This document shows, piece after piece, positions 1 through 14,822 of a stretch of DNA of 64,000 bases; the stretch's first letter is position 1, and each line of letters begins with the position of its first letter. The notes under the pieces are model-generated. The model saw only the letters and a list, made by a program, of their open reading frames with translations, was not told the DNA's origin and searched no databases. Source of the DNA: the human T2T-CHM13v2.0 reference genome, Homo sapiens; the NCBI RefSeq assembly GCF_009914755.1, contig NC_060947.1; one strand, given 5' to 3'. The position numbers and the translations under genes were made by a program.

Positions 1-119
1 TTTGTTATGAAAAAAATTAAAATATATGGGGGTAGAGAGAATAGTACAACAAACCACCATGTGCCTATTATCCACCTTCAACAATTATTAATGCAAACTC
101 AATTTTGTTTAATCTAAGC

Positions 120-334
120 CAATGATTCTTAAACAGTGTCAATTTTGCTCCCAAGTGGACCTTCATCAATGTTTAGAGACTTTTTTTTGTCACAACTGGT
201 ATGCGTGAAGGGTACCACTAGCATCTAGTGGGTAGAGGCCAGAAATACTGATAAATATCCTATAATGCACAGTTGCCAATGGCAATGAATTACCTGGCCT
301 GAAATGTCAGTGTTGGTGTTGTTGAAATATCTTG
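120..334 (+). mobile_element. MER20 (hAT-Charlie DNA transposon)
   Basis: Contains 'ttgtcacaactgg...gcatctagtgggtagaggccag...atcctataatgcacag...aaatgtcagt', matching recalled MER20 consensus; about 215 bp. Confidence 0.85.
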
Positions 335-711
335 ATTTTCATCTTAATGCACTCTGCCCATTTCCCTGGATTAATGATGCAAACACCACATATCATATAA
401 TTTCACAGATTTTTTTGGTGTCTATCTAAAAGAGAAGGAGGTTTTGAGGGATTTTTGAGCCATACTAACCAGATTCCTTCTTTATGTTGATTTGTTGCTT
501 TGGCTTTGCTTTTTTCTTAGATGTGTACCTAGCCAGCCCCTGATCTGATATGTATCTCAAAGAGCTCTCCTCTGCAAACCACCTTGCCCAGTCTACCTTG
601 CCAATGAATTTTTATTAGATTTGGCAAATGGAAGGCACTGAGTGGGAGAATGCTTCAGGTGGCATCTCTAACAATTTACTGAGTGGATATACCTCTTGCC
701 TGCAGTTCACC

Positions 712-1177
712 TGTACTTGGTTGACTAGTGCCCGCCCCACCAACACACACACACAAAACTCATGTCTACCCAGAAGCTGAGGACGTGACCAGATTTGGAA
801 ATAGGGTCTTTGCAGACATAATTATATTAACATGAGGTCATGCTGGATGGACTAGGGTAGATCCTAAATCCAATTACTGGAGTCCTTATAAGAAGGAAAT
901 TTAGAAACAGAGACATGGAAGAGGATGACTATGTGAGGATGGAGGCAGAAATTGTAATAATGCAGCAACAAGCCAATAAATACCAAAGATTGTCAACAAC
1001 CACCAGAAGCTAGGAAAATGTAAGGATATTTCTTCCTTCGAGTCTTCAGAGAGAGTGTTTCTTCTGACACCTTTATTTCAGACTCAGGATTCCTGAACTG
1101 TAAGAGAATGAATTTCTGTTGTTTTAAGGCCCTCAATTTATGATAATTTTTTACAACAGCCCAAAGGAACTAATGCA
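712..1177 (+). mobile_element. MLT1C-like solo LTR (ERVL-MaLR)
   Basis: TG...CA ends, perfect 5-bp TSD TCACC (707-711, 1178-1182), motifs 'tttggaaatagggtctttgcaga', 'ccaccagaagctagga', 'gaactgtaagagaatgaatttctgttgttttaag'. Confidence 0.88.
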
Positions 1178-1713
1178 TCACCCCTTTCTGGTCCTAGGTA
1201 GCAGAAGACAGCACCTGCTGTGAATCCAGGTTCTACTGGGAAGTCCTAGCTCCTCACCTCTGGTACCTCTTTATTCTTTCAGCCCTACAGACTGTACTGA
1301 CACCATATAATTGCTAATTTCTGAGTTGGCTCATCATCCTCAATTTTAATCCATCTGATGTTTTTATAACTAGCTCCCTGCAGTAAGTACTTTGTAATGA
1401 ACTATTTGATGTGAGTCTGTCTTCCCCACTGGATCCTCATACACATGGAAAATACAGCACTAAATTTAGTACATTTTGTAGAGAATATTAGTCATTAGTA
1501 CTTGCATTTACCTTCTCTGTTTCTAGAGGTTGGCTTCTTTGCAAAAGGATTGTTTTGATTCTACTTAATATTTTGCATTTTATATGAAAACTGACATAAA
1601 TTAATCTGCATAAGCATTATAATTTAGCACTTTATATTTGGTCAATACTTTGTAAATATTAGTTAGTGAAAGAAACACTAATTTTTATAGGAATGTAATA
1701 CAAAACTATGAAC

Positions 1714-1934
1714 CGGGGTCCACAAAGTTTTTCTGTAAAGGGCCAGTTAGTAAACACTTTAAGCTTTGCAGGCCATATAATCTCTGCCACAACTACTTAA
1801 CTCTGCTGCTGTACCATGAATGCAGTAATAGACAATATGTAAACAAGTGAGCATGGCTGTGTTCCAATAAAACTTTATTTACAAAAAAGGTAGTGGGTTT
1901 GATTTGTCCCACAAACCATAGTTTATTGACCCTG
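1714..1934 (+). mobile_element. MER58A (hAT-Charlie)
   Basis: 'ttttctgtaaagggccag...gcatggctgtgttccaataaaactttatttacaaaaa...gaccctg' hallmark text. Confidence 0.85.
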
Positions 1935-4181
1935 CTGTAAACTATCTAGACTTTTGATTCCGTATGCTCCGTTGATATCTCATATACACACTGCATGTGT
2001 CTATATTATTTTATATAAAAGAAAAACATACAGTTTTCTTCTCCCAAAGTAAGTCAATTTTTCAAAGATCTGGTAACGTTTACACTCTCAGTATTTCATT
2101 CTTTCAAAAGATTGATATCTTAGGGAAAAAAAGGTCATTAAGCCAAAACATTAGACCTCAGGGATAAACCTGCAGAAAATTGATTGAGTGATCAAACCAA
2201 CTTACTCTTTTGTAAAAGTCTCCCTGCCCTCTTATTCAGAAGGATGAATGATATCTCGACAATGAGCCAGGATTTTTTATTTTCAGCATCAAATTTTTGT
2301 TCTACTTCTCAAACATTCTCCCCAAATATCAAATACTTAAAAAATGAAATTGTTTTAATCCCACATAGTTAACAAAGAACATATGAACTATTTACATTTC
2401 CACTAAACTTAGTCATTTTGAAGGCACATTCCAGTTTGTTTTATTTTCCTTAACATCCAATTTAGTTTCTGTCTTCTCATAAATCATCAAATAATATTTG
2501 CTGAATAAATGAACATATTATTCCAAGATGCTGAAAATTATATGTGATATATAATTATACATCATATAGAATTGAAGTTGGATATTTCATAAATATAGAA
2601 GTTAAAAAATTGACTTGTGTTGTCAAAAAATTCAAATGAGGAATCTGTAAATCTTAATGTGGAAAGAGGTGCTAACTTATATTGAGGTTGATCTTCTCTT
2701 TGAATTGAATGGGTTCTCTCTATCATGAGCAGACACATCCAATATCCACAGGAATATAATAATATTGAGTTATATCCTGGGGTTAAACAAATCTGACATC
2801 ATGGTAGACTTTGACAAAATTTAAGGTTGAGATCTCCTTCCAGGTGCCAGAATGTCATACAATAGTCCACAGTAACCATGCATGTAGGCAGCCTTAAACA
2901 GGCTGCTAGTTCCTAAGTATCTAAATTTGTGACAATTTGTGAATGAATCACCATGCCCTCCATAGAACTTGGCAACTGGATCAGCGTTTCTGCATCTGGC
3001 ATTGTACACAATTTGCATATTGTGGAAGTGAAACACTTTGCAATCTCTGAAGCCCATCTCATTATGGCATGATGAGCTCATAGCCATGTGCTTTCCATCT
3101 TTAGTTCTAATTTCAGGGTAGCCGTAGTTAAAACCTAAGGACACACATACATAGCTTGTGGATAATGATTGTCTAAACTGTTTTTAGTTTCGTAAACTTA
3201 AAATGTTAAATTAAGAACAACTTACTAGAGTGGAAAAAAGGACAGGCAAAAGTTTTCCCTCCTTGATACCAGTTTTTATAATATGAATAATTTTATAAAA
3301 GTGCTTCAGTTACTTTTAATGAGAAAAGTTCCAGGAATTAGTATTAAAATTTAAACTACCTCCATAATTTACACTTAGTTTCCATAAAAAACTTTTAACA
3401 ATCATACATTAATGAGAACCACGTGCTAAAAATGTGTTTTTAAAATTCAAACATAACTATATTTCTTCTATTCTTTATGCAGCTTGATTTCATTATTATT
3501 TAAAAACAAGAATAACTGAGCATATGGGAGTTGGGATTTTTTTGCAATGTATTTAACACGTATATGTAAAATTAGAATTGAGACAATTTTAGATATGTGC
3601 CATGGTGCCAGTATCCATTACATAGATTACAGTAAGACATGCAAGTAAATGAGAGACATAACCATGTGTTGTCCATCACTACCAAAATTCTATATGCATT
3701 GACAATTAATAGTTGTGAAATCTCTCCTAGAACCAAGGATTTTGGCTTCACAATTCAGCTTCCCTACCGACTTACTATTTATTTAACATTTCTACATCTT
3801 ACAAATGATAATTTTGAGAAGCACAACTTTGGACCTAATGCATTTATTATGAATACCTGTTTTTTATGTGATATTTCAAAATAATTTTGAGGAAAGATTG
3901 TTCAGAGTATTTTCACAGTATAGGGAAAGGAAACAAGGTAAATATAAACCAAAAATGTATCTTCTGTAAACTAATAAAATTTTGTCAGAAATAATGTGGC
4001 CAGTCTATTTTGTGTCTTCACATATTCACAAATCTCGTTCAGTGTTTTTCAAAGTCAGTGAAAACTTTGTTGATGAATTGTCACATAGTCAAATTACCAA
4101 ATGTTACATATTCATGGAATTATTTTGGTATTGTGGGAAAGAAGAAGAAACACAGATATGCATGTGTATACACTATACATA

Positions 4182-5045
4182 GAGGCATACCTTGGAGATA
4201 TTGCCAGTTCAGTTCTAGACCACTGCAATAAAGTGAATAATGCCATAAAGCAATATTTTATTGCTGAAAATGCTAACCATTATCTGAGCCTTCAGCAACT
4301 TGTAATCTTTTTGATGGTGGAGTTTCTTGCCTCATTGTTGATGGCTGCTGACTGATCAGGGTGGTGGTTGCTTAAAGGTGGGGTGGCTGTGGCAATTTCT
4401 GGAAATAAAATAACAGTGAAGTCTGCCCCATCAATTAACTCTTCCTTTCACCAAAGATTTCTCTGTAGCACGCAATGCAGTTTCATAGCATTTTACCCAC
4501 AGTAGAACTTATTTCAAAATTGGGTTCAATCCTGTCAAGCCCTGATGCTGCTTAATCAACTAAGTCTATATCATATATTCAATTTCTTTTTGTCATTTGA
4601 ACAATGTTCATGGTATTTTCACCAGGCATAGATTGCTTTCAAGAAACCAATTTATTTACTTAACCATGAAAAGGGACTCCTTATCCATTTAAGTTATATC
4701 ATGAAATTGCAGCAATTCAGTCACATCTTCAGGCTCCACTTCTAATTTTAGTTATTTTCCTATATCCACCACATCTTCAGTTGCTTCCTCTATTGAAGTC
4801 TTGAACACCTTAATAGATGAGAGTTGGAATCAATTTCTTCCAACACTCTTGTTAGTGTTGATATTCTGACCTCCTCCTATGAATCACAAATGTTCTTAAT
4901 AACATCTAGAATGGTGAATGCTTTACAGAAGGTTTCCAATTTATTTTGCCCAGATCCCTCAGAAGAATTACTATCTATGACAGCTATAGTGTTATGAAAT
5001 GTATTTCTTAAATAGTAACATTTGAAAAACCAAATTACTCCTTGA
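4182..5045 (-). mobile_element. Tigger1 3' portion, interrupted by L1
   Basis: TA followed by TIR-like 'gaggcataccttggagatattgccagttcagttctagaccactgcaataaag'; internal Tigger1 text 'gagttggaatcaatttcttcc', 'aaattactccttga'; stops abruptly at 5045. Confidence 0.88.
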
Positions 5046-8000
5046 GAGGAAGGCTTTAAGGTGCCTGGAACTCACCTTCTCCACAAAGAGGAAACAAAAC
5101 AGTAACTAGATAACCACACATCAAGTAGACCTTCTAAGACAAAATGCTGTAACTCAGAAGGTCAGTGACAGAGAACCTCTGAGGCATTGAAGGACAGGAG
5201 AGCAAAGCAGCTGGCCCATCTGAGATTGACTCAGAGCAGGAGGAACTCCGCATTGTGGGGAAAAGGTAAGCAAGAGATCCCTAGTTATCCATACTCCCAC
5301 CTTGAACTCCTGCAATTCTAGCTACAGAAGATCACTTCAGTCTTTACAGACGCTCAGACTAATATGGGAACCTGCCTTAGTCCGTGCAATGGTAGTGTTC
5401 CAGAAAGGAAGTTCATACTGGGTCCCATATACCCCTTAAGACCCAAGCATCTGCAGCATGGAGCCAGTATGAGAGCCTAGCACCCACCATGCTACTGCGT
5501 GTCCTGGGGCCAAACAGCCCCTGCATTTTCACATCCCTGAAGCACTGCTGGCATCCCCCCATGTCTACCCTGAGGGTTGCAGTGTCATGATGTTGTCTGG
5601 ATCCAGCAGTGCAGCTGGGTCCCCAGCATTTTAGTTCACACATAAACCCTGGGGAACAAGCAGTACAGCATACCAGGAAGACTTCCCTTGGCACAAAGTA
5701 ACCCCACCCCCTCCAGTGGCAGAGCCTCCACGTACCTGGACGTGATTTCTAGAGACCTGTGGACAAGTCTACCTATGTGCCATCCCAGGGCATGAGGACA
5801 GACCCACCCCACCCACCACCACTGCTGTTGGTGCCTGAGCATGCCACCCAGGGGCTTATGAATTGACATGTCCCACACACCTCAGCCAGAGCCTCCACAC
5901 CCTATCATGGGGCCTGAGGATGAGCCCACAAGATCTGCCACTGCTAGCGGCAGTGCCTGTGTACAATGTCCTTGGGCCTGGAAATCACCCCCAATGCCAG
6001 TGTACACTATGGAGGGGCATGATGACTGGCCTGCGCAGTCCACTGCTGCCACTACTGGTGCTCATGCATGTTGTTTGGGGCCCTGGGGAATGACCTGCCA
6101 TTCCTGCCACTGCTGGTGCCCACACACGCCTTCTGGGGGCTGGAAGATGTGTCCACCCCCCCCCCCCCCCGCTGCTGCCACCTGCATGAACTCTCAAGAG
6201 TCCTGGGGATAGGATCATCCTGCCAGCCATTGTCAGGCACCTCCTGAGGGCCCAAAAAATGGTCCTACTGCTGCTGCTGCTGCTGCTGCCACTAGCACCC
6301 ACCTGTGCATGCCACCTGGATGACTGGGGACTGGCTTCTCACCCTACCACTGCCACTGCTGGCATCTGCTCAAGCCACTTGATGACATGAGGGTTGGCCC
6401 ACCACCACTACAGCCACTGTTGATGCCACACATCCTGTCCAAGGGACCAAGGACCTGCCCTGCCCACAGCTGCAATTGCCAGGCACTGAGTAAGCCACCT
6501 GGAAGCCCAAACATCAGGCCACCTAAAACTGCCATCACCAGTGCCTGTGTATATCACCTGGGAGTTCGAGTATTGGCATACCTGGTCAGCCACCACCATC
6601 ACTTGAGCTTAAAGACTGGCCTGCCTAATTTCCCTGTCCCCAGAAAAGCCTTGCCATGGCCTCTACTGACAACTGCAGCCTAAGCCACTGAGAAATCACA
6701 GATACAAATAACAGATTATAGGCAAAGAAATCAAACAGAGATTACACTATTGTGACCACCCAAAATCAAAGCCAAAACTTACTGCCCAACCAGTATTACA
6801 TATACCTACAGGAAAAAGTTCTTATCCAAAAGCCAATCCGTAAAATTAGGAGAAGCAACTATTACATAAGATGTGCAGATATCTATGTAAGAACACAAGA
6901 AATATGAAAAAGCAAGGAAACATGACACGTCCAAAGAAACAATAATTCTCCAATAACAGATCCCAGTGAAAAGGAAATCTATAGAGTGCCTAAAAAATCC
7001 AAACAATGATATTGAAGAAAGTCTGTGAGCCACAAGAGGAAAAATAAACAATACAAAAAAATAAGAAAACAATTCATGATAAAAGTGAGAAATTCAACAA
7101 GGAGCTAGATATCAAAGAAAAGCACCAAACAGAAATCCTGGAACTGAAGAATTTAGTGAGTAAAATTATGGATACAATAAAAAGCTTCAACAATAGACCA
7201 GATCAAGAAGAAATAATTTCTGAACTTGAAGATAAGTCTTTAGAAATTACCCAGTCAGAAAAAAATTAAATAAAGAAGAATGAAGAAAGCCTACATTGCA
7301 TATGAAACACCATAAATCAGCCAAGTATTTGAATTTTGTGAGTTCCAGAAAAAGAGAAGATGGGAAAGCCATAGAAAACATATTTAACAAAATAATATCT
7401 GAAAACTTACCAAGTCTTGCAAGCGATATAGACATGAAGATACAGGAAGCTCAGTGATCCTCAAATAAATGCAACCCAGAAAGGTTCTACACAGCACATT
7501 ATAGTCAAGCTATCAAAAGTCAAAGATAAAGCAAGAATTCTAAAAACAGCAAGAGCAAATCATCAAGTCACATATCCAAAAACCCCCATCGGGCCCATCA
7601 GACTAACAGTAGATTTCTCAGTAGAAATCTTACAGGCCAGGAGAGAATGGAATGATATATTCGAAGCATTGAAAGAAAAAAACCCTGCTACCCAAGAATA
7701 CTATAAACAGTAAACCCTTCTTCAAAAATAATAGAAAAATAAAATATTTTCCAGGCCAGCAAAAACTGAGAGTTCATCACCACTGGCCTAGCCCTACAAG
7801 AAATGATTAAGGAAATCCTATATTTGGGTGTGAAAGTATATCTACAATCACGAAAACACAAAAAAAGTATAAAACTCAATGGTAGAACAGACACATAAAT
7901 AAGAAAGAGAAAGGACTCAAAAGGCACCACTAGAGAAAATCACCAAACCAGTGATGCACAATAAGAGAGAAAGAAAGGAACAAAGACCATACAAAGTAAC

Positions 8001-9545
8001 CAGAAACAATTAACACAGTAACAGGAATAAGTCCTCACCTATCAATAATAAGCTTGAATGTAAACAGATTATATTTTCCACTTAACAGATATAAAATGGC
8101 TCAATGGACAAAAAAAGAACCCATTTATAGGCTGCCTACAAGAAACTCACTTCACCTTTAAAGCCACATAGACTGAAAATGAGGGATGGCAAAAAATATT
8201 CCATGCAAACAGAAACCAAAGAGAGCAGGAGTAGCTATACTTATACCACATAAAAGGCTTTAAGAGAAACATTGTAAAAAGAGAAAAAGATTCTTATATA
8301 ATGATAAAGGGATCAATTCAAGAAGAAATTATAACAATTATACATGTATATGTGCCCACTACTGGGGCACCAATATATATACAGCAAACGTTTTAGATCT
8401 AAAGGGAGAGATAGACTCCAATGCAATAATAGCTGAGGACTTCAACACCCACTTTTCACCACTGGACAGATCAACTAGAAATAAAATCAATTAAAAAACC
8501 TTAGATTTAACCTACATTTTAGACCAAATGGATCTAACATCCATTTACAGAACATTTCATCCAAGAGCTACAGATTACACATTTTTCTCAACAGCACATG
8601 GAATAGTCTCCAGGATTGACCATAGTTTGGGCCACAAAATAACCCTTAATAAATTTTAAAAAATCAAAGTCATACTATGTATCTTCTCAGACCACAAAGG
8701 AATAAAATTAGAAATCAATAACAAGAGAAAGTATGAAAACTGCACAAATACATTGGAAGTAAACAGCATGCTACTGAAAGATTATTGGGTCAATGAAGAA
8801 GTTAAGAAGGAAATCGAAGCATTTCTTGAAACATGTAAAGATGAAAACACGACATATCAAAACCTTTGAGATACAGCAAAAGCAGTGTGAAGAGGGAAGG
8901 TTATAGCAATAAATGCCTACATTGAAAAAGTAGAAAGATGTCAAATAAACAGCCTAAAGATGCCCTCAAAAAACTAGAAAAGCAAAAACTAACCAAACCT
9001 CAAATCAGTAGAAGGAAATAAATAATACAGATCAGAGTATAATAAACAAAATAGAAACTAAAAAAATACAAAAGATTAATAAAACAAAGAAATTTTCTTA
9101 AAGATAGCCAAAATCAATAAGCTGCTAACTAGACTGATCAAGGAAAAGAAAAAGAAACAAAAATCAATAAACTGCTAGCTAGACTAAGCAAGGAAAAGAG
9201 AGAGGGGACCTAAATAAATAAAATCAGAAACAAAAAAAGTAAACATTACAACTGATATAACAGAACCACAAAGGAACATTAGAGACTATTATAAACAACT
9301 GTGTGGTAACAAACTGGAAAACCTAGAGGAAACGGGTAAAATACTGGACACACATAACCTACCAAAATTGAATCAAGAAGAAATAGAACACGTGAACAGA
9401 ACAATAATGAGTATTGCAATTGAATGAGTCATAAAAAGTCTCCCAGCAAGGAAAAGCCCAGGACTGCATGGCTTTACCAATGAATTCTGTCAAACATATA
9501 AAGAACTAATACCAGTTTTCCTCCAACTATGCCAAAAAATTTGAG
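5046..9545 (+). mobile_element. L1 (L1PB/L1MA age): 5'UTR, degenerate ORF1 and 5' part of ORF2; 3' half missing
   Basis: GC-rich 5'UTR with diverged tandem units (about 5750-6620); ORF1 remnant from about 6903 ('atgaaaaagcaaggaaacatgac'); endonuclease-region text from about 8020 ('aagtcctcacctatcaataata', 'gacttcaacacccac', 'tcttctcagaccacaaaggaataaaattagaaatc'); many stops and frameshifts. Confidence 0.9.
6268..6288 (+). repeat. (CTG)7 in L1 5'UTR; C15 run nearby at 6156-6170
   Basis: Read directly. Confidence 0.9.
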
Positions 9546-9944
9546 AAAATTAGGTAGTATTTATTCTGTCAAGTAGATGTAATAGAATTTTAAAAATTGA
9601 GGAGAAATTAAAAGTAGAATAAGCTCATGATTTGACATATACATAATATGTGGTGGCAAAAAATATTTAAAGATTACAAACCAAATATATGACTAAATAA
9701 GAAAAAAGGATAATAGCATTATATCAGAGTATTAGTTTAAAGGTAACCACTAAGGAACATCTAAACTGTCCTATGTTCAAAAATAAACAAATAAATAAAT
9801 TCAAATTAGGAGACCATAGAGCAAAATACCACATTCAAAACATGATACACATTAAACGTAATAAAAATAATTTAACCAAACTGAGTCGAATTCCGTTATA
9901 TCAGCCATACCAACAAAACCAAATTGAGCAGACCCATCTATTAA

Positions 9945-10327
<383 letters not shown>

Positions 10328-11519
10328 AAGGGATATAACTTTCAAAAAGTAATTCAAAAAGTCTAATATAAAGTGATAAGAAAAAGTATGTCTGGAGACT
10401 ACAAACAATAAAAAACTAGTGATTGCAATCTTGATATTAAATAAGGAGAATTCAGGCAAAAAAATACAAAAAAGAAAGAAAACATAATTCTTTAGTCAAA
10501 TTCACAATATAGGCATAATAGCTACAAATATCTATGCATTAAATAGCATATTTGCATAAAGCAGAAATTTCATGAGATGTTAGGAATAACAGATGTACAG
10601 TAATGAGTTATTCACTAACTCATTACTATTACTACTGTCAGTTTATATCAATTCATGTCAAGTCAAGTGGATATAAAATCAGTAAAGATATAGAAGACAA
10701 ACATTAATTACTAAAGTCTATCTAATGGAGTGTAAATTAAACTTTGCACTCTAGTAATTGGGAATGCACATTCTTTTCAAGTGCATATGAGACATTAATG
10801 AGATTAATTGGGTCACCAGAAAAGCTCAATATATACAAATAATATAAACAATGTTCATGGTTCAAAATTCAATATGTTGGAAATCATTATTTTTAAATCA
10901 TTCCAACTGGAAATTTTAAAAAGCAATACTACATTTTAGATTCAATGAGATAATTAAAGCAGTGATAAAATAGTCATACCCTAACATACTCATATCAACA
11001 TAAATGAAAAAGATGAAATACAAGAATTAAGTATCCAGCTCAAAAAGTTAAAAGTGAATAACAAAATAAACTAAAAGAGAACGAAGGAAGGAAATAATAG
11101 GGACAACAGCAGAAATTAATGAATTAGAAAACAAAAATAATACAAACAAATATAAACAAAAGTCTTTTTTCTGTGAAAAATCAAAGAAATAATATCCTCA
11201 GCAAAACAAGTTAAGAAAAAAATACAATTCACAATAAGTCTGAAATAACCATTGAAACAGAGGAAGTCATTTGCAAAGCTTTGCAAGTAATTTTGAAAAC
11301 ATCTGTGAAATGGATGGTTTATTAGGCAATATAATTTACCAAAATGTATCCCCATAGGAAAAAAAATACCAGACCACTGGAAGAAATAAGAATTTATAAT
11401 GAACTTCCTTCTTAAAAAAGAGCAGGTTCAAATTGTTTTATTGGAAATCCTACTACACCCCCCAAAACCAGATGCTGCTAACATTACTCTTGCAGAGTGT
11501 AGAAAAAGAAAGACAATTT

Positions 11520-11935
11520 TGAAATTTTTAAAATTTGTTTTTAATTTTTACTTTTTCTTGTTGTAAGAGCACATACCATGAAGTCTACCATCTTAACAAA
11601 CTTTTATGGGTACAATACAGTATTGTTAACTACAGGCATAATGTTGTACAGCAGATATCTAGATTTAATCGTCTTGCGTAACTGAAATTTTATGCATGTT
11701 GTATAGCAACGGCTCATTTTCCCTTCCTCTCAGCCTCAACAACAACCATTCTATTCTCTGTTTCTGTGCTTCATATGTGTTTAAATGCTTCATATAACTG
11801 AAATCATAGAGTATTTACCTTCTGTGACTGGCTTACATCATTTAACATAATGTGGTTCAGGTACATCCATGACGTTACATATGGTAAGATTTCCCTTATT
11901 TTTTAGAACTGAATGATATTCCATTCTCTCTCTCC

Positions 11936-11973
<38 letters not shown>

Positions 11974-12240
11974 GAGTATATATATATGTGTGTGCGTGTG
12001 TGTGTATATATAATGCATATATATATGTGTGTGTGTATATATATATATATATAACATTTTCTTTATCCATTCATCCATCAATGGACGCTTAAATAGTATC
12101 CATATCTTGGTTTTTGTGCATCCATGCTGCAATGAGCAAGAAGGTGCAGATATTTCTGGAAGATCCTGATTTCTATTCTTTTGGATGAACAATTAGAAAT
12201 GAAATTGCTGGATTATATGGAATTTTCTTTTTAATTTTAA
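11520..12240 (-). mobile_element. L1MA-type 3' end fragment
   Basis: 'tacaatacagtattgttaactac...atgttgtacagcagatatctag', 'cattttctttatccattcatcc', 'gaaattgctggattatatgg'. Confidence 0.85.
11925..12053. repeat. Compound (CT)n(TA)n(TG)n microsatellite
   Basis: Read directly. Confidence 0.95.
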
Positions 12241-12623
12241 GGTTTATTAATGAAGGAAGTATAGCATGGATATCTAAATTTGATAAATATTGTGCAAAAA
12301 AATTAAACTGTAAACCAATCTCATTTTTATTCTTAAATCTTAGAAATAGTGAATTATTTTAATAGTTTTTCTAAGCTATTTGCATTTTTTAAATTAAGTC
12401 TACTTCTTCATGGTTTATTTTGCGTTTTTTAAGATAAACCTATTTGTTCATGGTTTATTTTTTGTGGGAAGCTTGGATTCTGTTTACAAATGTTTTAGTT
12501 AAAATTTCTACGAAGGTATTAAAATGCGATTGGATGCTGAGAAGGACTGAAAAAATTCAACAAATGTTCCTGATAAAATAACGTAATGAACTAGAAATCA
12601 ATGGGAACTTCCTTAACTATAAA

Positions 12624-12740
12624 CTAGATAACTATATAACTAGAAAGATAATCAATAGATGATAGAGTACATAGATTAGATACAATGATAGATGAGAGAT
12701 GATGGATAGATAGATTAGATAGACAGATAGATAGACAGAC
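12624..12740. repeat. Degenerate (GATA)n/(GACA)n tetranucleotide repeat
   Basis: Read directly. Confidence 0.85.
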
Positions 12741-14562
12741 ACGCCTCAGCATAAAGCTAGCTAGCATCTTACTTAAGGGTGAAACAATAGAGGCATTCAT
12801 GCAAAAGGCAGAAAGAAGACATGGATGCCCACACCTACGTATTAATGCACTGGATATATAAGACAATGTAATTAGAAAAAAGAAAAAATAATAATAATTG
12901 GAATTAAGTGATAAAACTCTCTACTTGCAGATGATAAGATAATATATTCAAAATAAGGAGGGGAAGCAATACTAAAACTAACAACACAATAATCATCAAT
13001 ATAATATAAACAACAAGGTTATTCAGTTAGTGGAATATAAAATCAGCATGCAAAATATAATTTTAATATATATGATTAATAATTAGAATTTACAATGGAA
13101 TAAATGCCTCCTTACAATAGTTACAAGAAAGATACAGCAAATGTTAAAAATATACAATTATCAAAACCAAATATATTTTAAAAATCTGTATAAGGGAAAG
13201 ATTTACTTTTTCCCTAAAAGACAATAGAATGCATTTGAACAAGCTTCTCCTGGGAAGATGGTTCAACGTCATAAAAACATCTATCTTTCCAAAACGGATA
13301 CATACATTTAATATGATCTGAATAAAATTAATAATTTTTTATTAAACTAGACAAGTTAATCTTAAATGTTACATGGAAAAATAAATATGCTAAATTATAT
13401 AGAGATGGGATCATGGACACTAATCTTATTGCATATGAAAATATAGTTTTTTCATAAATACAATTTGATATTGGTACATAATGGACAGACAGAGCCATGG
13501 AGTAAAATAGAAAGTTCAGAGGGAAGTTTTTGATGTTTTAATTAAAAAAGATGTGAAAACTGGATAGCCATTTAGCAAATGACAAAATTGTATCTATACC
13601 TTTAACTATACTTCAGAATAAACTTCAAATAATTGAGATATCTAATTTTTTTAAATAAACCTTACAAATGCTGGAATAAAATGGGTCAATTACTTTATAA
13701 CCACAAATTTGCCAAAAGCCTTTTGAATCATAAATTAAAATCCAAAATCAATCAAATAAAAGCTTGGAAAATTCAACCACATAAAGATAATAATAAAAAT
13801 AAAAACACAGGACAAAACAACATGAATAAAGTAAACAGCAAATAACAAACAAAGAGAAAATATTTGCAACCTACATGTTGGACAAAAGGTTAATTTTTAG
13901 GATCTCCTAAAACTTGAGACAAAAAACATCCCAAACAAAATAGAAAATTAGAAATAAAAACATAAATATATAGTTCTCCATATATAATAGTTGGCCCTTA
14001 TGTATATGAAAAAAATGTGAAGTATTACTCTTAACAAGAGAAATGCAAGTTAAAACTACGCTGAGATACAATTTGTAAACTGTCAAAAGTTCCAAAGCAT
14101 ACTGGCCAAATTAAGAGGATATATACAATACTGATGAGAAAACAAAATTGTAGAATCTCTTGGGAGGGTAATTTGGTAATAACATAAATCATTCATTCGA
14201 ACCCCAAATCCTAGTTTAAGAAACTTGTTGTGAAGATACACATCTACTAATGTGTAAGCAATATATACACTATATTATTTATTGTGACTTTTTTATAATA
14301 GAAAGATATTGAGAAGAACTTAAAGATCCAAATAGAGAAGATTAGTTGGATAAACTATGTTACACTTCCGCAATGAAATACTATGTAGTACTAGAACTAA
14401 ATGACATGGATCTCAATTCACGGGATTAAGGGCGGGGGTTGGCCTAGGTGAAGAGCAGTATGTATGTTTCTTTTTGTTTAAGAAACAGGAGAATAATAAC
14501 CTATGCGTTTATTTTTGCAGAAAGTAATACAGAAAGGATAAATCAAGACTTAATAAAAATGT

Positions 14563-14822
14563 GACTGGGCATGGTGACTCACGCCTGTAATCCCAGGACT
14601 TTGGGAGGTCAAGGCGGGCAGATCACTAGAGGCCAGGAGTTCGAGACCAGCCTGGCCAAAATGGTGAAAACCCGTCTCTACTAAAAATACAAAAATTAGC
14701 TGGGCGTGGTGGTGCGCACCTGTAATCCCAGCCACTTGCTTGAATCTGGGAGGCGGAGGTTGCAATGAACTGAGATTTTGCCACTGCGCTCCAGCCTAGT
14801 GGACTGAGCAAGACTCTGTCTC

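Noticed and set aside
2821-3144. 107-aa minus-strand ORF in non-repeat DNA
   Set aside because: Non-ATG start, no recognisable domain, no supporting exon structure; length compatible with chance
6903-9545. L1 ORF1/ORF2 as functional CDS
   Set aside because: Multiple stops and frameshifts and no 3' half; no long ORF in the track
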